The translations under genes were made by a program, and so were the position numbers. DNA of 58,130 nucleotides, filler included, from Sphacelaria rigidula (Eukaryota): the NCBI GenBank assembly GCA_964200075.2. It is 8 parts of 8 records of this genome, joined end to end, with 100 filler letters (N's around TTAATTAATTAA, not from the genome) between each part and the next. Parts side by side here need not be neighbours in the genome. Positions count along the whole stretch, not along the records: positions 7,280 to 14,458 come from CAXNAA020016112.1; positions 14,559 to 21,737 come from CAXNAA020016113.1; positions 21,838 to 29,016 come from CAXNAA020016114.1; 5 more parts are not named here. The stretch is one strand, 5' to 3'. Within the stretch, counting starts at the first letter, position 1; each line of letters begins with the position of its first letter. Positions 11,109-22,953 of this stretch are shown in pieces. The notes beneath the pieces were generated by a model. That model was not told the DNA's origin. It was given only the letters and a program-made list of their open reading frames with translations, and did not search any database.

Positions 11109-12352
11109 TCCAACTTCACAAAGTAAAGTTGGTTTCTGCTGCGGCTAAAAAATCGACTAACTGGTTTTTTGCGACTCCGTTTTTGCGACAGGATTTCTGC
11201 AACCTGATTTCTGCGACCCGATTCTTGCGATAGTTTTTTTGCTAGATTTTTTTCCCTCTAAAACCCCTACTGATTTCGGGTTTGGGGGATAACTTCGTCA
11301 AACAGACACCGAACGCATCCTGCTCCAAGGGGCACCTGGACACACAGCAGTTGCCGCTGTCTACCTAGTATCATCCTCCAAATCGATTTATTGAGTGAGA
11401 ACCCCCAGCGTTTGGTGCCCATGTTGTTCTTGTTGTTGTCTTCACATTGTACAAGGAAGGATGATCTTCATCTAGTATCATGCTCCAAAAAGTACCTGAC
11501 AAGGGGGCAACACCCCGGTACAGACAGTCGCAATGCTAGCGGATCCTACGTCCTGACAGTCTGTGACAGTCTGGCAACCGGCAAGGATGATATGGTAGTG
11601 TCCTTCAAGCGATATTAACTTACAGTGCACTGGAGCAGAGTTCGCAGGTGAATATTTCGGCGATTGCCTCACCTGGAGTTCGCCCAGATCTTGCGGACTT
11701 TTTCTCGATATCACCGATTTACATCACATACATGTACAGGTGGAAACGTGCCAGACCCTCCGTTACATAGTAAGTCGAGATGTACCAGACCCTGCATTAT
11801 ATATGGAAATGTACCCAACCGTGGACAAAAGATTTATACAGTCAATACGAACACGTTGTTGAAAGTGTACTACGCAAAGTCAGAGTGTTGTGTGTCTTGT
11901 CGTCCCATCTACTCTGGACGCCGGTCTCCACCTTTCGGTATAGTGGGCGTACCAGCCGGGGGTGTGGTACCATACAGCTTTGCTCAAGATACAGGCAGTC
12001 ATTACAGCGGCGCAGGCGGCCTTTCACTCCTGCGTGCGCCACCTGGGGCAAACGCACGTTGTAGCTGCAACACGGACAGCTTTACAAAATGTGACGCAGC
12101 AAAATAGCGCGTAGCGAGGCGTGATACCCTGCGTAGACGTTGGCCGCGATACAAGCGGCTGCATTCATGATGTGGCGAACTTCATACGACAACGCGAAAT
12201 CAATGCAGGACAGGGATAGGCTAAGGATGTCACGTACTGCGGTGTGGTTTGTCACCCTCACCCTGTCGCTGTGCAGTGAGCAGGTAGTACCGCCGAACGC
12301 GTCACGCTGCGGTTGGTACGCAGTGTTGGCTTCACAGCCATAGGGTAACTAA

Positions 12353-13121
12353 CCTCTGCATTGGATCAAATAAACGCACTGAATTAAATCACACGCGCAG
12401 AGCGCGTTATTTTCGAGCAGCACGCGCGCTACTCGTACAGTAGCGCGTGCGTGATTTCCCGTGTTGCCGACAGCGTGCCAGCGCGCTTGTGCAGTACCGC
12501 GTTGTACTCCCCTGTGGCAGCCCGTCACGGTATTGCTCCTCATGTTTCATCACGATTTATTCGATAACACGCAGAAAGGATGCCAGCGAGTCCATCGTTG
12601 TTGCACTTGGAGGTGCGATGAACCAGTTTTTTTTCGATCTAGTACTGCCGATGCTGCGTGCTGCACCAAACATTATACCGTACCAGTTCAAAAATAGATA
12701 TGCCATGATATAAACGCCACCGACATGCTCTGGTTATCATGAACCGTGAACTGTATACCGTAGGAGGTGCGGGAAGCGTAGTTTTTGTCAAGGAGTGCAA
12801 GGACGCATCCATACTGCAGTACAGGCAGTTTTGTATTATTAGCATGAAACACGTGATTCGAACGAAACACAAGACAAGGCATTTACATTATTATACCTGG
12901 GCGTTTTGGTACTGAAACAAATCCACCAATCCCTCCACCACCTACCGTAAGGAGAAAAATACCACGTGTAAATACAAGATGAGTTACGGGCAGACCTCCA
13001 TTTTTAAGGTGAAGGGCCCAGCCGAGACCACTCCGATTTCACCGTCGAAATCCGAGACCGCAACGTCACAAACACCGAAATGAATTGAAATTGGAAACGC
13101 CCTGGACACAGGGCAATCTAT
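12353..13121 (-). repeat. Dispersed repeat, copy 2, with the same spliced exons as 499-1228
   Basis: Exons read VVEGLVDLFQYQNAQ and IEKKLVHRTSKCNNDGLAGILSACYRINRDET*; splice sites and stop are at the same positions as in copy 1. Confidence 0.75.
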
Positions 13122-14797
13122 AAGAGATAGTGAATGATAAAATAAAATGTGCAACCTGCAAAACCGAGAAGTATATTGCTTTTGCTGTACTGTCTCTTTT
13201 GAGGTCACTGATGGTAAAATGCATGTAGAGGTCACCACACACCCTCTAGCGCGTAAAGTGCACGCGGCAAGAAAGCGAGCATCACGTTTGTGGCCGGTCG
13301 CAAGCTCGGCGAGTGTGGGGCGCAGGTGTTTCGTTGTCGTTGTGTTGACGGTCATTTCGCGATGTGTCCCCTATTGGATATGAGCTGAAGCCCCATGTGT
13401 GACTCATTTTGCGACGCTGTAAGGTATTGAGACTGACAACTGATGGACTTCTCGGTAGGGTCATGATTTGGATAAGCGGCGGCTCATGTTGCCTAGAAGA
13501 TACTTTGTATGCGGCGAGCTGCTTAGTGTGCACCATCACTGATGTCCTTCTGCAAGCATTGTTCGTGCTAGCCATTTTTGTTGGCCCACGACTTTTCGTT
13601 TTTTTTGTTTTGTGGACGTGTACACGAGGACACGTCTGATCCGAGCATGATTGATTGATTGATCGATTGTCGCACTTCAACTGACCCCCAAGGGGTCCAA
13701 CCGTGATCTCATGATAGACGTACTCAAGAAAAATGGAATTCACACACGCTCTAAGGAAAAGAAGAGAAAAAAAACACAGAAAACAATAGGAACAGGAAGA
13801 AAAAAAGAGGGGTCGAACAGAACGATATAGCAGACTAAGTCGTGACCAAAAAAAAGTAATAAAAATTCAACACAAGCAAAGCGCAGAAAGAAATGGCCGA
13901 CCTAGAGCAAGAAAGAGGAAAACAAGAGGAAAGTACGAATTACATTAATAGGGAGTCATTCCGAAAACCGTTCAAGTCCGATGAAAAAAGACCTTGATGA
14001 TCGCGCAGTTACTTTTATTTTGAGAAAAAAGGTATTGGTCCATTTTTTCGGGAAGCAAATACTCGTTCCGAATAAAGCACAGTAGAGGTTTTCTTGTCTC
14101 CGTGTACGCCGTAGTGACCTTGATACCTACCCCAATGTAGAGTTTTTGCATTTTTCGTGTGAATACGCATAGCTGTCCCTCCAGAGGTACGAGGTTAGAG
14201 CCCTGCGACTCTTATCGCTTTGGCTGGTGATCGTGTATCTCGAGTTTGGCTCTTTTCCTGTTTGGCCTCGCGTGTTGAGCGGACAAATGAGCCCTGCCTC
14301 CATTAGCCCGAAGAGTCGCATATGACATTGGAACTTAAAGGGCTAGCAGTATCCCCTTTTCCTTTCTCTTTCCCTTCTTTTCTAGTTATTTATTTACTTC
14401 CTCTGTCCCATAAGTCTGTATCATTATGTTTGTACGAGCCCTTAACGATGTCCGATTTNNNNNNNNNNNNNNNNNNNNNNNNNNNNNNNNNNNNNNNNNN
14501 NNTTAATTAATTAANNNNNNNNNNNNNNNNNNNNNNNNNNNNNNNNNNNNNNNNNNNNAAGACAGATATGCCACTTCAGCCCTATATTTTGTTTGAACCC
14601 CAAAATATAAAATCGGCTGTTAGCAGTCTACTCTAGTTTGGTGTAACTCCGTTCCTAAAATTTTATAGTCTTTACTGCTTAATTTTTCTTTTTTTCGGTA
14701 TTTACAATCTCCTGCCGAGTCTACACTACCTGCCATTATTATACCAGAACCTTTGTACTCTGGTGTCTGACGTCTATTTCTACCTCTTCACTTTAAT

Positions 14798-17700
14798 ATG
14801 GTGCAACCGCAGAAAATAACTTCCCCCTCGGTCTTGCCTACTTACGAATCTTTACGCCGTCGGCGTTTGCTTTCATCACTCCCTTCAAAACCAAAACCCT
14901 TCACTATTACTTCCCCTGTACACGAAGAAGTGAAATCCGACAGAGCTTCGACTCGCAGCTCTGGCGACTACACGTCTCAAGACTTAGCTGCTGCTGGTGC
15001 CCATGATCGCCATTTGCCCAAGACTCCCGGCATTATCGACGAGTCGCTCCGCGCTCGCTCTGTCGCGGATCGTTCATTGCCCACGACTCCCGGCACTGTC
15101 GACGAGTCGCTCCGCGCTCGCTCTGTCGCAGATCGTACACTTTCCAAGACTTCCAACATGATCGACGAGTCGCTACGCGCTCGCTCTGTTGTGCAACGGG
15201 CTCAGTCTCGGGGCTCCCACATGTCTGAGCAGTCGCCACGCGTCGCCACTGTTGTGGACCGCCACCCGCTTCAGGCTTCTACCGCGGTTGTTGACTCACC
15301 CCATGCTCGCGATGTTAAGGGTTACGACGCCTCCCAGCGCTAGCGCCGACAAGACGGGTATCGTGAGGACATTTCTGTTCACCGCACCTCGCGCCGACCA
15401 TCCTCCTCGCGTCTTGGCCGCTCCGAAGCGCCTTCCACAGAGCACTTGCCTTTAGTAACGGCTCTTGAGCACTTGCTTCGTTCATCACCGGCCGTCATTT
15501 CTGACGGCCCGGCGACAACTGCCCTTTCACAAGCGCTTGCGGCCGCGTTTCACACAGCCGTTGAACATTCAACGCCTTCTGACCATGTTCGCTTTGACAG
15601 TAATATGAACCATCGAGCCTCTGCACCACTGGCTGCCGACTCTGATGATGTACGTTCAACCTCAGATGTTGTTTCTGATTTTGATTTGAATCATGACGAC
15701 CTTGTTCACCACGGTGATACCACTACTCATGCCCATGATGTACGTGCTCTGTTATCGGGACTATCTTCAACCGCGGGATCTTCACGGCCTAAATCTGTCG
15801 ATCAGACATATGTAAGCTCACGAGTACCCGTTGATGCTTCGTTGGCTCATATTCACGCACCTTTGCACAGCGGACACAGCACTCACCGTGCCCTTCCGCC
15901 CCATCCTGATGCTGCCACTGTGCGTGCTGTCGAACGACAAATTGCAGATCTTCGTCGCTACTTATGTTCCGCTGTAACTATGGCCAATGCTCCTGCATCT
16001 TCGACTACTGCGCCAATCGCAGCCACTGCCCCTTCTACAGCAGCCGACATTGACACGGATGCCGACAGCACCCGTGTCACGCCCCCCGCTCCCCGCGCGG
16101 CGGCCCCCGCGGATTCCGCCACGGCGGATCAGGGCCGCGCCCCTGGCACGGCCGCCTCGGCGACATCGGCCCCTTCGCCACCAAATTCTACTGCCTCAGG
16201 CTCGGCTCCGGCGCCTGCCCCCGAGCCCGACACGGACGATCGTCCCTTGCTCGGCGTCGAGCATTGCCCGTCGGGCCTTCCGCCCCGGCTCTGGCTTCGT
16301 GGCACCCGCGCCGACCAGGAACACATTTTGGCCGAATACCAAGCTTTCGAACCGGCCACGGCCCCGGCACCACCTTCGCCCCGCCAAACGGCGGACGACA
16401 ATGCCCACCGTCGCCTTCATGACGACCTCACGGCACAGTTGACGCGCCAACGCCAGGCGGTCGCTTTGGCAACCACCCGTCAGCGGGCGGCTCAACGCAC
16501 TCTCACTGAACGCCTTGCTGTGTTCTACCAGATACGTGACTCCATGCGACGCGATGAACAACGCTTGCGCCAATGCGCCACCGCAACAGAGACTGTGACC
16601 ACGGCTTTACGTTCCCTCGAACAGGAGCAACACCTTCCTCTTCTGAGGACCACGCCAAGCGAGCCCGCGCCTGCACCCTCTGCCGCCATTTCAGGCCCAG
16701 CGGAAGACCGCCAGCCCTCACGCCTACACGCTGATGCCGCGGCTTCGATGACTTCGCCCACGCGCACCTCGCCTGCCCCACTGCAGGTCCCTCGGGCTTC
16801 GGCGCCCCCCGCCGCCACACCCGGGCTGCATCTGCAGGGTAGCGAACGTGCTTGGTTCGGTTGGACGCTCCGTCAACTTTCGGGGGAGTACAATCGCAAC
16901 AACGTACTCCGTGCCTCTGAGCAGGCTTGGAGCTCCCTCATCCTGCCCGTCAATGATGTGATCGTCCCCTTCCTCCAACAAGGTGGACAGCTCCCGCGCA
17001 ACGACCCCGGCGCTCTCACCATTGAACGGGTCGTGTTTTATCTCACAATTGGTATCGGGAACGCTCGTTCTCAATATGAGACCGCCGTCGCCGCCCTCTT
17101 TGCCGCCATGCGGGCAGCCCGCAACACACTGCCGCCCGACAATGATGGAGCTTGGATCACCCCGCACCCCCCTCGCCACCGTCATGATGATAACGACTCT
17201 GACGACGACCCTTCCGGGGTTGCACCACGCCGTGGGCACGGGTCCCACCGTCTTACCAACAACAATCGACGATCGACTCGCGGCACTCACAAACGGGCTG
17301 GCAACCAGTCTTCGGGTTCGTCGACTGCACGACACCGCCACCACGCCTCAACGCGGTACGACCGACCCTCCTCGGCCGTCAGGCAAGTAACGCCCCCTTT
17401 CGCTGATGCGTCTGCTCGCATCTTAGGTCTCACGGATAGTGACTGTGATAATTCGGCTCACCCATTGTCTTCCTACTCGGCTCGGTCACTAGCTGCCGCC
17501 ACCGCTGCTAAACAACAAGCTGCGGCTGACAAAGTCGCTGCTGATACTCGTAGAGAAGCCTCTCGTGTCGCCGCGATCAAGCGCGAATATTTGCAGATGG
17601 ATGTTAAGAAATTATGGCATATCATAACCATGCCTGCTGCAGACAATGAGGAATCTGGTCAGTTTACGCCCGCTCTCATTTCCTCAATGCGTCGAACGAT

Positions 17701-18748
17701 GCGCAATATTCTTGAGTTGGCCGATGCAACTGGTCAACAACGTTTCGAAGACTCTGACTGGATCGATGGCTGGCAAATACCGCTGCATAAGGCTTTGCAC
17801 CGCTCAATCAGCCGTCGCTCCCCTGACGTTGTTGCCTCTTTGACGCAGATTCTCGATTCCTTCTTCGCCGCCGTGGACCAAGATCGTGTCCGTGGGCAAC
17901 CAGCGCCGTTATCATTCAGCAACTTGGAAAGGCGTTTCATAGGGTACTTAGATAAGTCTGATCAGGCAGGCGCCATCAAACGCCTTAGTTCCTTCGCCGT
18001 CGCGACAGACGTGCCCTTTGCTGACTACCTCCGCGAGTTCAAGCTTTTGGTGTCGAGTGTGACTGGTACCGGGCGACAGAATGGCCCTAGTGATGTTATG
18101 TGTCAAACATACGTTCGCAATAGTATCGCTCAGCAATTTCCGACGCTGATGCCGTCTTTGTTTCCAGGCGCTTTGACTCACACAGAGGTGCCATACGCCT
18201 CTGTAGACGCGATGTGAAATGCGTTTATAGATCAGGAACATAATTTAACGCCTGCCATTCGTGGCGCACAGTGTTCTTCCAAGTCTTCGCAGATCTTGCG
18301 TGCCACTTTGACGAGTACCTCCGGGCCTCGTGGACGCACTCAGACTTTATCCCATAATACTTGGACACCAAACTCTGTCGGTGGATCGTTAATGCCTGTC
18401 CGTAACAAAAGAGACCCGTCCCGTGCAAGCTTTGATGCTTGGCCGTTTTCGGCAGACACTTTTGATGACGTTTATGTCGTTTCCACGACTGCTTTCATCA
18501 CCGATGACCCACATTTGTGGACCCCCTTGCTATCGCCTTCGGCTCGCAGAGATGCTTTTCGTCGCCATGCTAACACATGCATTACCTGCAATGGCACTGG
18601 CCATAGTATGCGAGATTGCCCTGAACCTTGCATCAATATTTTTTCGCTCATGAACCCTGAACTTCAGAGCAACAGGCAGACGTGGCGCCGATGGCAAAAA
18701 CGAATGCGCGAGTATACTCCACCAGCGCCAGCCTTACCAAACTCATAG
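14798..18748 (+). pseudogene. gag: Very long gag-like ORF (~1,300 codons) with two in-frame stops
   Basis: ORFs 14798-15343, 15446-18217 and 18296-18748 share one frame, broken only by TAG (15341) and TGA (18215). Capsid-like helical region (FADYLREFKLLV) and zinc knuckle CITCNGTGHSMRDC at 18578-18619. Confidence 0.8.
15013..15200 (+). repeat. Coding tandem repeat, 3 x 63 bp (21 aa)
   Basis: LPKTPGIIDESLRARSVADRS / LPTTPGTVDESLRARSVADRT / LSKTSNMIDESLRARSVVQRA. Confidence 0.92.
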
Positions 18749-19526
18749 CGACTCTCGCTCAAATCTCGACCGCCGCCACTCGCCATAGAGATAGTGCTTT
18801 CCGCCCTTCCCAGTCTTCGCATGGTCATCACCAGCGAACAGGGCCGACTCACCACAACACCAACCCCAATGCCAGAAACCCTGGTTCTTTCATGGCGGAT
18901 CGCAACGACCCATGACACGCCGACGACGGCGTGAAGTCTTCGGCGCCGCCGACAGCAGAATCGAAGACTCATCCAACACACAACAACACTCGGGTGACAA
19001 CACGTTCTCACCCATCACTATTCAGAAGATCAATTAACGGCCGTTCTTATCGACCCCCGTCTTTATCTTCATCTACGCAGCGTAACCGTTGTGTTGACTC
19101 ACAACCCAGCTCTATGCTTGGCTCCAGAATTGGTCCCCCGGAACTAAGTATAAATCTGAGGTGTGGGAAGGCCGACCGCGGACTCTTGAGGCACAGGCTT
19201 CCCTCATCGACCGCACGCACCGGTTGTAGCAGACTTCCTTTACCTGGTTCTGGTGTTGATGGTTCGAAACTGACCACTTCAAACCCTCCGACTCCCGCCC
19301 GGCCTGATCGTAGTCGTTTTTCGCGACACCATTCTTCCGCGAAACTACCCCGACATACAGCGGACAACACTCGTCCCCTTTCACATTCAGCAGTGCCCTT
19401 TGTACCGAGCTTGCCAGCGGACAGCCCACAAGTTTCGGCCGAACATGCACCGATGTTGACAACATCACCTCAACTGGACGCAGTTGCAGTTTCCCAAGAA
19501 GTCTTGGAAGTTCCCAGTCATTTGTC

Positions 19527-21737
19527 ATGGCACGAGAGGAAGCCTCGTCGTCATGCCCCACGGAAGCGCGAGCATTGACACGCCCCCCTCCCGTCGGAGG
19601 AAAATTCCGACCTCATTTTCCCCCCAAAGCGGCGACTTTGAGCTCGATGACATTGCCAGGCATCCCAGAGGAATCCAAATCGGACCATTCAGACGGTACC
19701 GCATCCTCCATCGATGACCCCTGTCGCACTCCGCAGCAATCTCTCTTCAACAATGATCCTTGTACTTCCAAGCCAGTGATTTACGAGATTGACCAAAATC
19801 ATGATTTACGCTGCCCTTCACGATTGGATAAGCCCCCGACGATGTCTACCGATACCTTCGAACCCCCCGCGGATCACCCGCCATCCGTTTTCACGGCCAG
19901 TCCAACTAATCCTGACTAATTCACGTTATCTGAACATGACCCTGACCTTGTTGGTGGTAAGGTGTCCGTTGATCCTGCCACCTTCACTACCCGCGTAGCA
20001 TTACACTGCGGTCCTTACGCCACCGCGCGTGCTAAGTGCGTCTCGTTGCTAGACAGCGGAAGTCCACAGACATTCATCAAAGAATCCATGTAGAATCATA
20101 TGAAGCAGACTAGCGCTGCTTCCGATGTCTGCGAAATCACCACCCAACCTCGCGTTTGGGGCGGTTTCGGCGACTCAAATTCACCCTTGACGACACGAAA
20201 ATCTGTTCGTCTTAGTGTGCAATTTTTCCATCACGATACACGTTCGGCTAGTCTCGCAGTTTGGGCATACATCGTCCCTGATAACACCATGCATCATGCT
20301 CTCCTTCTTGGCAGGGATAGTTACATGCGGTTCGACCAACGTACGTACCGCACCCTCCCACCCTTATCGCCTCAGTCGGCGCCTCGTGGAGAGCTCCAAC
20401 TGGAACACTTTGGTACCCTCAATGGTGCCTTAGCCTACAAAAAGAATGAGCAGGCTACTGGAGCGGCTTACCATCTTCGGTACAGCGGCAGTTCCGGTGT
20501 CACCCTTTCCGACGAGCCTCAACTCTTGGAAGTTTCGCTTGTTCGCCGCAACGGCATGCCTGCCCTCACCGGCCACTACCTTGCAGAATTACTGCCTAAA
20601 GTCGGTGCTCCCGCTGGCACTGAGCATTTTGTCTCGGACGGCGACCAACTCCTGCCTCTCACAGGCCATGCCAATTTGGAGCCTGGCGATGTCTTGGGTA
20701 TCGCCGCGGCTCCTCTTACGCACATTCCTCTAGAAACCTGTGTCGCCGACCCTCCGGCGCCTGATTCTACGCCGCCGACTGATGGCTTTGTTCACTGCAT
20801 CGATGAGCCGTACTTCAACCTATCCGCCCCATCGCCCACTCCGATTTCTGCGGTGGAACCCGACAGACCCCCTGCTGAACCTCCTGATGAAGTGCTTCAA
20901 CGCTTGTCAGTCGATTTTCGGGAACATTTCTTGCAAATGTGGCACTAACTTCCACCTCATTTGCGTGATATCCATTTTGACCTACATGATCCGGGCTGGG
21001 AACCCGCCGTCATCCAAGAGCTACAAGATGTCCTCCTGAAATATCAGGACAGATTTTCACGATCCAAGACGGATCTCGGGCATTGTAAAACATTGCCATT
21101 TGAGATAACACTGCAACCTGGCGTTTCGCCAATCTCATCTCGACCATATCGAACGAATCCCCTCCTCACCAAAAAAGTCAACGCTATTTTGGATGCCTAC
21201 TTAGGAGATGGTCTGATTCAACACTCGTCTTCGCCATGGGCCTCACCCCTCGTAGTCGTCCCCAAAAAAGATGGCGACATACGCATTACGGTGAACTACA
21301 AACGGCTGAACCGCGTCACTGTCGTGGGAAAACTCCCCATACCTCGCATCGACGAAGTCTTCGACTCTCTTGGCGAAGGAAAAATGTTCAGCACTTTCGA
21401 TCTGGCCTCTGGATTTTTCCAAAATGCAAATCACCCCGATACAGTTCCCTTGACAGCGTTCTGTACATCTTCAGGGCTTTTTGAATGGCTTCGTATGCCA
21501 CAAGGCGCTGCCACCGCACCTGGCTGCTTTCAACGCCTCATGCAACGCGTTACTGACGGTCTAGAGCATGTTATCATGTATCTAGACGATGCTATCGCTT
21601 TTGATGCCTCCCCCAAGGCGCATGTTCGCACTCTACGGGAATTTCTCTCCCGCTTGCGTACACACGACTTGAAATTGTCTCCATCCAAAGCTCGACTCGG
21701 AGCCACTGAATTGGATTTCTTGGGACACTCTATCTCT
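19527..21737 (+). pseudogene. pol: Gypsy pol: aspartic protease plus reverse transcriptase, three in-frame stops
   Basis: One frame; protease LLDSGS at 20046 and LLLGRD; RT motifs SPWASPLVVVPKK, VNYKRLN, DLASGFFQ, MPQG, YLDD, FLGH; stops at 19917, 20091, 20946. Confidence 0.93.
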
Positions 21738-22574
21738 NNNNNNNNNNNNNNNNNNNNNNNNNNNNNNNNNNNNNNNNNNNNTTAATTAATTAANNNNNNN
21801 NNNNNNNNNNNNNNNNNNNNNNNNNNNNNNNNNNNNNCTCGAAAGGTTTACGCCCTGTCGCTTTTTTGCCCTACCGTGGGCTATACGGGGACTTTGGAAG
21901 ACCCATATTGGTAAAATATGGGTACAACTTGGAAACAACATGAGACAGCACATGACAGGATGGGGCATAAGATAAATCTAGTAGGGTTCGCGAGGTACAC
22001 CTACCGCATTGTCGGACAGACCGGGGTACACTGCACGGCCCTTGTTTCCCGCGGCGCTGTTCCGCCGTCAGGCCGCGCTCTTTTCTTGCGAACGTTGGTG
22101 CAGATGCTCTGCAGGGGTTGTGGGCGCCTTGCCCTCGCGTGGGGACTGATGTTTTAGTGGTTTGGGCTCCGCACGGACAGCTCCAAGTTGCACCGTGAAC
22201 TGTACCTGCATTGGCTGTAATGTGGGGTAGTGAACCCCACCTTTGTCTTCTACCCCACATGTAAAGTACCATCGAGCTTTTTTCCAGAATCGCACGTCGT
22301 TTCCGTCGTCAAAAACATGGGGGCGTTGGCAGTAGAGATGCTGCAGACTTGGCGGGAGTCGACGCCGCGCGGGAGCGCTGATCCAGCCCGCGATACGGAA
22401 TTGCAGAGGCGTGTACCGGGGGAGAGATTTGTTGATCCCTTTACACCTGACCAGGAACTCGTCCTGAGGAAGGAGGGGTCAAACCTTGCGCCGATAGAAA
22501 AATAATAAACAACCCCCAAGCCCGCATACAAGAATCATGGTACAAGAGATGAGCTGGCATCAGCCCCGAAAGAC

Positions 22575-22953
22575 CACACCATCCCGCACCCGCCGCCGCC
22601 GTCTACAACCCGCTGCTGCCCACATACCCGACTGTTCCAACGTCGCGACCTTACTATCCTGTCTCGCCACAGCCATATCATACTACTCCGCTGCGACGAC
22701 ATCAACATCACTATCCCATCCCGCCGCGACAATTCCACACCTTTCCGCCGCGACAAAATCATCGACCTTAATATCCCATTCCTCCGCAACTTCATACCAT
22801 TCCGCCGCGAGAACATCATACCACAATACCACAGAAACATGCTTTGCCACAACCACATCATCCCGCACCCGGCGTCGCAGTCCACAACTCACCGCCGACG
22901 ACATACCCGACTATTGCAACGTCGCGATCTTATTATCCCGTCTCGGCCACAGC
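22575..22953 (+). repeat. Displaced direct copies of the copia IN-RT spacer
   Basis: Colinear with ~25345-25615, then again with ~25345-25440. Confidence 0.85.

Larger units (their letters stand above)
14559..21737 (+). mobile_element. Ty3/gypsy LTR retrotransposon internal region, decayed, truncated in RT by the contig end
   Basis: Domain order gag(CCHC)-protease-RT with gypsy-type RT motifs. LTRs are not identifiable in this contig. Confidence 0.93.

Noticed and set aside
15341..15343. Programmed stop readthrough or an alternative genetic code in the gypsy element
   Set aside because: All three stop types occur at scattered sites, which fits decay rather than recoding.
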